DNA of 64,000 nt from a virus (taxonomy: Duplodnaviria > Caudoviricetes). The notes beneath the pieces are model-generated. The model saw nothing but the letters and a program-made list of their open reading frames with translations, ran no database searches and was not told where the DNA came from. A program made the position numbers and the translations under genes. The stretch lies in IMG/VR virus record IMGVR_UViG_3300028364_000013; one strand, written 5' to 3'. Shown one piece after another: positions 54,017-61,979 of this stretch; positions within the stretch are counted from its first letter, which is position 1; every line of letters begins with the position of its first letter.

Positions 54017-55090
54017 TTATCTACTCTTTGACTTTGATTTAGCTGCTCTGTGCGCTTTTTCTTCAGCTTCTTTTTTCTTAGTAAGCTCTTCGTTAATTCT
54101 ATTTAGCAACCATCGCCTTTCTGTAACTGGCATTTTCTTTGCACTCTCATGACTAATTCCTTTTCCATAATATGAAACAAGAAAACACTCTTCTTGAACG
54201 TTTTCTCTAAATGTTGGCGGAAATGCAAGGAAGCTATGTGTTCCCCCAAAGTTTATCGCATTCTCTTTACCGCAAGAACCACACCTATGCTTAATAACAG
54301 TGTCTACTCCTGGAGTTGCTTTTTCAACAAACTTCTTAACTCTCCTTATTTGAGGAATAGTAAGCTTTCTGCACACTTGAGATATAACCATTTTGTCTTC
54401 GCAGTCATTTATTGAATGTGTCATGTAAATTAACTTATCCAAACTACTTAGATTTGCTTTTTCCATCCCAACTTCTTCAAAGTAAGTAAGCGGCTTAAAC
54501 ATAAATATAAGCTCAGTGTCAGCCAGCAACATTGGTATTAGACCATTCTCTGGAGGAGCGACTATATCTTTCATCTGAAATGATGACAACCTAATTGGAA
54601 CTTCCTCTTCAAAGCTGCAGTGATGACAATTAAGTTCAAGCTCAAGAGTGTCGCCATAAGCATATGAACGCAAGAACAACCCAATAGCTTGAACGTCTCC
54701 AGCTAATAAATCTTTTGGGTCTATATTTTGCTCCACAAGAATATTCTTAAGAACAAACTCCATTGCCTTTCCAGACTCCACAAGGAACTCGCTGGTGAGA
54801 AGATTTTCCTCAACGTAAGTCAATTGATTTAAAAGAAGGTGGTTTTCTTTGCTTGGATAAAAAAGGCCTCTTGAGGGTATGAATAACATCTCAAAAGGCC
54901 TCTCTATATTTTTGTCTTTTTTCTCTTGTTGAATTAGAGCTGAAAGATTTCTTACTTCATCTGTGTTCTCACTAAACTTTTGCTTCAGTTCATCAAGAGA
55001 AACTAAAATGTTAGTATCCTTATTTTTTTCTACAACCTCTTTTAAATCATCAATTGACTTTATTACCTTATCTTGATGATTCTCTGACAT
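54017..55090 (-). CDS. T4 gp26-like baseplate hub/tail assembly chaperone (paralog 2)
   Basis: IPSRGLFY, EENLLTS, LLAGD..AI...LRS..YG, CxxC pairs; C-terminal MPVTERRW. Confidence 0.7.
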   Translation of the reverse strand: MSENHQDKVIKSIDDLKEVVEKNKDTNILVSLDELKQKFSENTDEVRNLSALIQQEKKDKNIERPFEMLFIPSRGLFYPSKENHLLLNQLTYVEENLLTSEFLVESGKAMEFVLKNILVEQNIDPKDLLAGDVQAIGLFLRSYAYGDTLELELNCHHCSFEEEVPIRLSSFQMKDIVAPPENGLIPMLLADTELIFMFKPLTYFEEVGMEKANLSSLDKLIYMTHSINDCEDKMVISQVCRKLTIPQIRRVKKFVEKATPGVDTVIKHRCGSCGKENAINFGGTHSFLAFPPTFRENVQEECFLVSYYGKGISHESAKKMPVTERRWLLNRINEELTKKKEAEEKAHRAAKSKSKSR

Positions 55091-55091
55091 A

Positions 55092-56021
55092 TTAATCTAA
55101 GTCTGGGTAGAACAATTTAGGAGTAATTGGAATATCTTTAATATCTAATTCTCCGCACACTGGACACTCGAACTCATAAGAAAGGTCTAATCCTGGCTCA
55201 ATTCTTCTTACGTATTCTCTAAAGAATCCAGAATCCTTCATTGGCATTGCAGCGATAAACTTTTTAATATAAAGCTTATCTCTATTTCCATTTACTTCCA
55301 TTATTTGCATAATGTACTTTTCAGTTACAAGCTTAGAAACTCTAATTCCACCACTTTTTCCACCTTTTACTTCAGAAAGTTTTGCTAACCTTTTTTCATC
55401 AGTTCCAGTAAGCAATCTAAATCTTATTCTCATTTTCATAAGAGGAAGTTCTACTTCGTATTCTCCATCTGAGTCTGGCATAATCTCAAGAGGCTTTGAT
55501 TTAAGCTTAGAAAGATTAATTGTTGGCTCATGCACTTGTCCACAAGAAGGGCAAGTAATTTCTCCTGGAACATAATCGTTTCCAAGTCCAGTCTTTCTTA
55601 TTTCAACAAGAAGAAAGTTTCTGTCACCAGAAAGCATGCTTTCAGGTCTAAGGTCTTTATCCATAACAGCTTTGTCAAGAAGTACATCTAATACTTTTCC
55701 TGACTTAATAAGGTCTGGAGAATAAAGAATATCATCTTCCTCTGCTGTAAGATACTTAATTGTAACTGTTTTTTTACCATTTGCATAGAATGCTCCACCT
55801 GATGGTAATTCTACCTCTTCGGTTGGAACTTGAAATTCCATGTCAAGATATTCATCTGGGATATTGTGCTCCTTAGCAACTTCTTGCTTTTTTTCAATTG
55901 GAGCTTGCTCGTTTTGATTTGTTGGAATGTTTGTTCCAGCAGTTTCTCTTCCTGGAATTTCTTTCCCTGAAGGTTGTGTGTTGGAGTTAGTTCCTCCTAA
56001 TCTTATTTGGTCATCGGCCAT
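55092..56021 (-). CDS. T4 gp26-like baseplate hub/tail assembly chaperone (paralog 1)
   Basis: VELPSGGAFY, LTAEEDDIL, GDRNFLL..IR..G.G, CPSC, FRLLTG.DE, CPVC. Confidence 0.75.
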   Translation of the reverse strand: MADDQIRLGGTNSNTQPSGKEIPGRETAGTNIPTNQNEQAPIEKKQEVAKEHNIPDEYLDMEFQVPTEEVELPSGGAFYANGKKTVTIKYLTAEEDDILYSPDLIKSGKVLDVLLDKAVMDKDLRPESMLSGDRNFLLVEIRKTGLGNDYVPGEITCPSCGQVHEPTINLSKLKSKPLEIMPDSDGEYEVELPLMKMRIRFRLLTGTDEKRLAKLSEVKGGKSGGIRVSKLVTEKYIMQIMEVNGNRDKLYIKKFIAAMPMKDSGFFREYVRRIEPGLDLSYEFECPVCGELDIKDIPITPKLFYPDLD

Positions 56022-56101
56022 TACTTATCAGTTTTATGATTTCTAATAAATAATAAGCAATAAAAAAGTTAAACTAAATAAAAAATTATTTTTTGTTTCT
56101 C

Positions 56102-56461
56102 TTAGATTTGAGGGCTCGTTTGTGACTGACCATCAGTTTGAGTTTGTATCTGACTTTGCATTTGAGAAAACTTGACAGCATTTATTTCTGACTGCTTAGA
56201 CATATCAAGCTCTTTCTTTTTCATTTCAAGCCTATCTTTTACAACTTTAGCCTGAGCAACTCTCGCATCTCTCTCGTCTCTTGGTAATCCAGAAACTCTT
56301 GAGTCAGCTTCTCTATATTTAAGTTCAATCTCAAGGTCTTTAATATATTCCTCATCAGATTTAATCATATCCTGACTTAGTTGCATTGGGTCTTCTTCCC
56401 CTATTTCCATCATAACCTTGTAGACTTCCTCTTTGATTATTTCTCTTAGTTGCTTATTCAT
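56102..56461 (-). CDS. Hypothetical coiled-coil protein with 'LREIIKEEV' N-terminal motif
   Basis: ORF overlapping the stop of the upstream gene. Confidence 0.7.
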   Translation of the reverse strand: MNKQLREIIKEEVYKVMMEIGEEDPMQLSQDMIKSDEEYIKDLEIELKYREADSRVSGLPRDERDARVAQAKVVKDRLEMKKKELDMSKQSEINAVKFSQMQSQIQTQTDGQSQTSPQI

Positions 56462-56933
56462 CTTTCAATAATTTTTTAAATCTCTTCCTTTGTGTTTTGT
56501 AATCATTATTAAGGTCATGCTCCCACACTCTCTCAATACTAAAACCATTTCCCTTTGCAAGTACGTCTTTAAACTTGTCGTTCTTTACGTTTCTAATTTG
56601 CATTTTATTCAAATCCTTTGACTCGTATATTAATGGGTTTGCGTGATAATAATCCCCATCAACCTCAACCATCATATTCTTTGATGGTATGTAAAAGTCA
56701 TATATCTTGTTTCCAAGAACTTTTTGTGTTTCAAATTTAATGTCAAGCTCTTCCATCATATCAGAAAAAATTCTCTCAGGAGCCGTCATTTTATTTGCCA
56801 TTTTCTTGGCTTGTGACTCCAGTTTCTTTTTTTTCATCAACTTAGCAGCTTCAGGGCTTGCTTCCCTTCTGGCTTTTGCCATCGCCTTCTTGACCATTTG
56901 AGCATATGTCAACTTCTTTCTTTTCTTAGCCAT
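56454..56933 (-). CDS. DUF559/Vsr-like endonuclease
   Basis: TAPERIF...YDFYIP...VEVDGDYYH...D..K. Confidence 0.75.
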   Translation of the reverse strand: MAKKRKKLTYAQMVKKAMAKARREASPEAAKLMKKKKLESQAKKMANKMTAPERIFSDMMEELDIKFETQKVLGNKIYDFYIPSKNMMVEVDGDYYHANPLIYESKDLNKMQIRNVKNDKFKDVLAKGNGFSIERVWEHDLNNDYKTQRKRFKKLLKDE

Positions 56934-57727
56934 TAAGCAAATCCTAATTTAGGAAGTATATTGCCTATATTTGCAAGACTAAACTCTCCAAGCTCTGCGC
57001 CTTTTGCTCCTGTTAAAATACCTGGGTGCGCCAATCCGCCTGCGAACATAATAGCAACTCCTCCCATGAAAATACCATTTGCAGCCTTGTGAATTTGCGC
57101 CTTGTCAGCATTAGGCATAAATGGAGCAATAGCCTTTTCTATAATAGCAATATACTTGTGATGTATTTTTTCTCCAGCCTTTGCTGTTTTTCCACCCCAC
57201 TTCTGAAGCCACTGTGAATTCATTTTCTTCCCTGTCCATTCTGCAGCTTTTCCGCCATACTTTAAGATAGCTGGAACTGCCATAGCTAAACCAAGAATAC
57301 CACCTTCATTTAGGTCTTCTTCATTTAACCCTTCTCCTATTGCTCCCATGAACATAGACTCATTGAATGTTATTTCACTAATCATTCCTTCTTGAATTGG
57401 TTGAGCCCCAGTTTGTGCTGGCTGCGCTTGAGCATTGTTGTCATAAACGCCTGGAGCATCCAATGCACCATCCTTATCTCCTCCAGATTTTGCAAACTTA
57501 GCAAGAACAGAAGGAAGACCTTGTACTAACTTAGCCATTGCCTGGTCCATAGTTGCATCAATGTTTTGACCTATCTTTTGGTCTCTCTGTGGGTCTACAG
57601 CAGGTTTTTGAGCTTGCGCAGGCGCAGCGGGTGCTGCAGGAGCAACCTGTGCTTCATTAATTTTTGATTCTAATAAAGTTTTCATTTTATTAAAAGATTC
57701 CTCTACTATTTTCTTTTTATTATTCAT
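56933..57727 (-). CDS. Hypothetical protein (Ala/Gly-rich, probably virion)
   Basis: ATG at 57727 behind TATTTATA (57742-57749). Confidence 0.7.
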   Translation of the reverse strand: MNNKKKIVEESFNKMKTLLESKINEAQVAPAAPAAPAQAQKPAVDPQRDQKIGQNIDATMDQAMAKLVQGLPSVLAKFAKSGGDKDGALDAPGVYDNNAQAQPAQTGAQPIQEGMISEITFNESMFMGAIGEGLNEEDLNEGGILGLAMAVPAILKYGGKAAEWTGKKMNSQWLQKWGGKTAKAGEKIHHKYIAIIEKAIAPFMPNADKAQIHKAANGIFMGGVAIMFAGGLAHPGILTGAKGAELGEFSLANIGNILPKLGFA

Positions 57728-57847
57728 GCGTATAACTTTATTATAAATATGAAATAAAAAGGTGTTCAATTACTAAAAAACGTATTTTATGCAAAAAAAA
57801 ACCATATTTACATAAAAGGAACAAAACTCTTTAAACACAACAGCACA

Positions 57848-58024
57848 ATGGAAATAATGGACACAGATTTTGATGATAATGCAAAATTAATCATAAAAGA
57901 ATTGACTGAGGCTAACGAAAACTTTGAAAAAGTTATCAAAAAATTACAACAGGCCAGAAACAAATTTATAAAAAAACACGAACCCATAGAAGCCTTAAAA
58001 ACAAGTATTAAAAACAAAAGCTAA
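57848..58024 (+). CDS. 58-aa coiled-coil protein (not in ORF track), first gene of the PAS operon
   Basis: MEIMDTDFDDNAKLIIKELTEANENFEKVIKKLQQARNKFIKKHEPIEALKTSIKNKS*; TAATG overlap with the PAS gene. Confidence 0.6.
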   Translation: MEIMDTDFDDNAKLIIKELTEANENFEKVIKKLQQARNKFIKKHEPIEALKTSIKNKS

Positions 58025-58548
58025 TGAATTCTGATGAAAATAAAGACATAAAAGGAAAATTAGACAGCGGACTAAATAGCCCAAAAAGCCTGAAAGCTTT
58101 AACTGAAAAACTAAACAACAGAGATAAAGATTTAGAAGAAGAAAGAGAAGTTTATAAATTCTTAGCAGAAAATTCTAACGATGGCTATTGGGACTGGAAA
58201 ATGGATAAAGACATACCTTTTGAAGAGCAATATGAATATATGTCTCCAAGATTTTGGGAAATATTTGGATACTCGCCAGAAGAAAAAGAACACAAAGTTA
58301 AAGCGTGGATGGACATGATTAACAAAGAAGATGGAGAGGCTGCTGTAGAAAATCTTAATAAGCACATAAAATCAAAAGGAAAAACGCCTTATAAACAAAC
58401 AGTAAGGTACACACATAAAGACGGAAGTACGGTTTGGGTACTTTGCAAGGGAGCGGTTGTAAAATGGAACGAAGATGGTAGTGCATCAAGAATGATTGGC
58501 ACTCACACTGACGTTACTGAAATAATGAATTCAAAAAACAATAAGTAA
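58024..58548 (+). CDS. Stand-alone PAS (PAS_3/PAC) domain protein
   Basis: LAENSNDGYWDW...SPRFWEIFGY...RYTHKDGSTVWV...G...RMIGTHTDVTE; no output domain. Confidence 0.88.
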   Translation: MNSDENKDIKGKLDSGLNSPKSLKALTEKLNNRDKDLEEEREVYKFLAENSNDGYWDWKMDKDIPFEEQYEYMSPRFWEIFGYSPEEKEHKVKAWMDMINKEDGEAAVENLNKHIKSKGKTPYKQTVRYTHKDGSTVWVLCKGAVVKWNEDGSASRMIGTHTDVTEIMNSKNNK

Positions 58549-58976
58549 TGGCAGAAAAAGATGAAAACCAAGGGTGGAAAGAATGGTCTAACCACGTCCT
58601 TAAAGAACTTGAGCGTTTGAATAGCAACTATGAAAACCTTAAAGATGAAGTTATTAAAACAAATCAAGAATTAGTTAAGACTTCTGGAATGAGGTACGCT
58701 CTTAATGAACTTAAAGAATGGAAGAAGGATGTCGAAAAAGTTGTTAATGAGACAGACCTCAAGGAAATGAAAAAAAGTGTTGCAGAAATTAAGACAAACA
58801 CAGAAAATATTGAGAAAAATAAAGGCAAAATAACAGAAGTTGACAAAGAAAAAGATGCCAACAAAAAAGACATTGATGACCTTAGAACTTTTAAAACAAA
58901 AGTAGTTACGGCTGGAGTCATTTCTTTTTTCATTCTAACTACAGCAATTACTATTCTTGGTTGGTATCTGTCTTAG
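58548..58976 (+). CDS. Coiled-coil protein with single C-terminal TM (XhlA-like topology)
   Basis: Heptad-rich body, C-terminal VVTAGVISFFILTTAITILGWYLS; TAATG-coupled. Confidence 0.7.
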   Translation: MAEKDENQGWKEWSNHVLKELERLNSNYENLKDEVIKTNQELVKTSGMRYALNELKEWKKDVEKVVNETDLKEMKKSVAEIKTNTENIEKNKGKITEVDKEKDANKKDIDDLRTFKTKVVTAGVISFFILTTAITILGWYLS

Positions 58977-59433
58977 AAGCTTTTTTAGCCATACCATCAA
59001 CCATTCTTATGAATTTTGTAGTATTGCGTTTTACATGAAAGAAATTGACTGTATGGTTTTCAACCACTTCAATTAATCTTTCCCAAGCCTGTTGATTTTC
59101 TACAGGTTTTTTTTTGTTGTTAAGCCACCCGTTAGCTACCCATTTATCATACCACCTATCCTTCAGGCAATTTATAACATAAGCACTGTCTGAGTAAAGA
59201 TTTATCATTTCACTGCCTTTTCCATTCAGAGCCTCAAACGCTTGAGCTACAGCAATTATTTCCATTTCTTGATTTGTTGTTCCTGCAACGTGCCCAGAAC
59301 CTTGAAGTGTTATCTCCATATTTTTGCCTGGTTCATTTTCTAAAATTAGAAAAGCCCATCCACCTTTTCCTTCTGCAGTTCCATCTTCTTGCCTGTTATT
59401 GTCTTTGCAGGCTCCATCTGTGTATATATTCAT
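58951..59433 (-). CDS. rnhA: Ribonuclease HI
   Basis: YTDGAC, TNQEME, YSDSAYV, W...GW...KPVEN. Confidence 0.9.
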   Translation of the reverse strand: MNIYTDGACKDNNRQEDGTAEGKGGWAFLILENEPGKNMEITLQGSGHVAGTTNQEMEIIAVAQAFEALNGKGSEMINLYSDSAYVINCLKDRWYDKWVANGWLNNKKKPVENQQAWERLIEVVENHTVNFFHVKRNTTKFIRMVDGMAKKASKTDTNQE

Positions 59434-59816
59434 TTTCTGTATTTTTCAAAAGGTTTAACTGGTTTTAAATCTTCTCCTATCGTTTTCGCCTTTACATTCT
59501 TAACAGCTGGCAATTTTATTTCTGACCAATCAATTGGCTTATGCTCCAATTTAGGCATCTCTACAAAAACACCATCTTTAAGCTCATAATCGTTTCCGCC
59601 AATTACCCAACAGCTTTCATAATCAGTTGCCTGAACCCCGCTCTTAGTTACATATTTTAAAAACCAACCATGAACAAAATCATGACCTGAGCCAATTTCA
59701 TACAAATCCTCTCCTTTAAATTTAAAGTCAGATTTTTTGTCTTCTGTAAGATTTGAAATTGTTTCTTCTAACTCTTTTTTTAAATCTTCTCCTGTTACAT
59801 GAACAAGTTCGAACAA
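59430..59816 (-). CDS. Hypothetical protein (start uncertain)
   Basis: TTG start; upstream ATG at 59833 is out of frame across an A7 run. Confidence 0.6.
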   Translation of the reverse strand: MFELVHVTGEDLKKELEETISNLTEDKKSDFKFKGEDLYEIGSGHDFVHGWFLKYVTKSGVQATDYESCWVIGGNDYELKDGVFVEMPKLEHKPIDWSEIKLPAVKNVKAKTIGEDLKPVKPFEKYRK

Positions 59817-59838
59817 ACCCTTTTTTTACTCATCTTAT

Positions 59839-60441
59839 TTATCTATTTGATGGTACATAATTTTCATTTATAGTACCATCGTCATTTAACTTACAATGCA
59901 CTACTCCGTGGCAATTTGAACAAAGTAAAATACATTTATTTAATTCAGGCAATAAATTAATCCAAGATTTTTTTCTCATCTTATTCCAATTCATTTCTTT
60001 TTCTTCTGGCTTTTCGTGGTGAAATTCAAAACTTGCATAATGTCCTTTAAACCCACAATCTACACAACGCCCACCCAAATGCTCTATTGCCCTTTTTTTA
60101 AAAACCCTTGCTCTTTCAATATCGTGCTTTCCACTACAGTCTCTACATCTACCATAGACTTTCAAACTATTGGGTGAAAAATCATCCTTTATTCTATATG
60201 TCTCACAATCATAACACCATTGATGCTCATCTGGACATTCTCCTCTTTTTTCTAAATTTTCTCTATACTCTAAAATCTTCTTAGCGTGCTCTGGATTTTC
60301 CTTTTTAATTCTATTTAATCTCCTCTCTTTCTCTGCTAATCTAAAACACACTTTACAATCCAACCTCCAACTTCTATTATGCTTATGATACTCTTCTAAA
60401 TCCTTTACCTCATTACAAGTTCTGCATTTTCTTTCTTCCAT
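59839..60441 (-). CDS. HNH-type putative homing endonuclease
   Basis: Multiple CxxC; GGRCVDCG...FHH...LLCSNCH; TATTTATA at 60450. Confidence 0.75.
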   Translation of the reverse strand: MEERKCRTCNEVKDLEEYHKHNRSWRLDCKVCFRLAEKERRLNRIKKENPEHAKKILEYRENLEKRGECPDEHQWCYDCETYRIKDDFSPNSLKVYGRCRDCSGKHDIERARVFKKRAIEHLGGRCVDCGFKGHYASFEFHHEKPEEKEMNWNKMRKKSWINLLPELNKCILLCSNCHGVVHCKLNDDGTINENYVPSNR

Positions 60442-60497
60442 TTTTTATTTATAAATAGAAAGAAATATGTTTTACCATAGTTTGTTTGATAACAGGC

Positions 60498-60935
60498 TTA
60501 TTCACCCTTTTCTAAAAATGATATATCAAGAGTCCATTTTTTCTTACTTCTTTCTTCCCAAATATTAAACACTTCCTCAATATAATCATCTGCCTGCTTA
60601 TCAGTTAAACAATTTATTTTCATCATATGTGCTTTAATTTCTTTTTCTTTTCCAGAAATTCTTGCATATCCAAAATGCTTTGTAGAATGACAATTTGGAC
60701 AAAGCGCAATTAATCCCTTAAGAGTCTGCTCACAAGACTCATCATCATAATTCCAAATTTCGTGACACTCCACGGGATGCTTCGGGCCCTTACCGCTGCA
60801 AACTTCACATTTATATTCTGCTTTCTTATAGCAGTCTTTTCTAAGGACATCCCACTCTGCTTGTGATACATTGGAGCGCACGTTATTATAAAAAGAAGAT
60901 GCAGGCACAAGTTCTATAGTTAAAATCATAATCAA
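60498..60935 (-). CDS. Conserved phage HNH-domain protein
   Basis: ELVP...NVRS...CEVC...CHEIW...LIALCPNCHSTKH. Confidence 0.75.
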   Translation of the reverse strand: MIMILTIELVPASSFYNNVRSNVSQAEWDVLRKDCYKKAEYKCEVCSGKGPKHPVECHEIWNYDDESCEQTLKGLIALCPNCHSTKHFGYARISGKEKEIKAHMMKINCLTDKQADDYIEEVFNIWEERSKKKWTLDISFLEKGE

Positions 60936-61900
60936 TTAAATTTATCCCATTTATGTGTACAAATAAACTTATTTTCCTTAATAAATCCAATTAAATAATC
61001 AATAACAATTGGATTATATATTCTAAGTCTAAAATAGGAATCTTTTTGTTTTAAAGCTTTTTTACTCAAAGTTACATTAAAAATATCTTCTAAGCGTTTT
61101 ATCCAATATTTTAATATTAACTTCCAATTTTCATGAGAAGTAATAGTTATACATCTCGAATTTTTCTTGCTTAAATATAAACTACCATCTCCATCAATGA
61201 ATCCTATTAAAAAACTTAAAAAATTTTCATCTGACATTTTATTAAAAACACTCAAAGAAGGCGGGAAATATGTTTTAGTTTTTTCTCCCTTTTTATAATT
61301 TATATCATACTTTTTATTTATCAAAGGAATTACTTTTGAATCTTTTAAATAACATATAGCGCTCCCATTACTAACTGTATCAACTCCTAATATATTTACT
61401 TTTTTCACTTCATCGTATAGTTTAATATTTTTACAACCAATATAATTAGCAAAACCAATAACAACTTCCTTATTTTTCATACACTGATTCAGTTGTATCT
61501 TTTTATTTGTAAAATATCCATCAGCAAATAATAGACCTATGTAATAATATGTTTTAACACTCTCATTCAATAGAATTTCAACATTAGAGTCTCTCATTGT
61601 TGAATATTGGTATTCTGCTCTTTTTAATTTTAATTTTTTAGCTTTTGCTAAAATAGAGCTCCAACTTCTGTTTTCCAAAAGTTTCAATAATTTTTCAGAA
61701 GAAGAGTTTGAATAGTATTTTATTATAATATTCTCTTCCATTTCTGACCATAAATTTTCTTCTGTTATTCCAAGTGCTTTTTTTCTATTTTTTACAGAGG
61801 GAATTGTTCTTCCAACTAATTCAGCTAAATACTTAATTGGAGATTCTATATTGTTTTTTAAAATAAAATCCTCCTGCTCTGTCCATCTTTTGTTTTTCAT
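60932..61900 (-). CDS. Two-motif LAGLIDADG homing endonuclease
   Basis: YYIGLLFADG and FLIGFIDGDG; N-terminal WT..ED repeats; TATTTATA at 61917. Confidence 0.85.
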   Translation of the reverse strand: MKNKRWTEQEDFILKNNIESPIKYLAELVGRTIPSVKNRKKALGITEENLWSEMEENIIIKYYSNSSSEKLLKLLENRSWSSILAKAKKLKLKRAEYQYSTMRDSNVEILLNESVKTYYYIGLLFADGYFTNKKIQLNQCMKNKEVVIGFANYIGCKNIKLYDEVKKVNILGVDTVSNGSAICYLKDSKVIPLINKKYDINYKKGEKTKTYFPPSLSVFNKMSDENFLSFLIGFIDGDGSLYLSKKNSRCITITSHENWKLILKYWIKRLEDIFNVTLSKKALKQKDSYFRLRIYNPIVIDYLIGFIKENKFICTHKWDKFN

Positions 61901-61901
61901 A

Positions 61902-61979
61902 TTACATGTATTTTATTATAAATACATGAAAATTTTTAAACCAAGCCGTCTGTGGTACTAATTCAATTGTTAGCTTCAT
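61902..61979 (-). pseudogene. Orphan original 5' end of the HNH gene (MKLTIELVPQTAWFKN...)
   Basis: ATG overlapping the dnaE 3' end; matches LTIELVPASSFYN at the start of 60498..60935. Confidence 0.75.

Noticed and set aside
60932-61900. Group I intron or intein in dnaE
   Set aside because: The LAGLIDADG ORF lies after the dnaE stop with its own start and promoter; no intron core or intein motifs were recognised.
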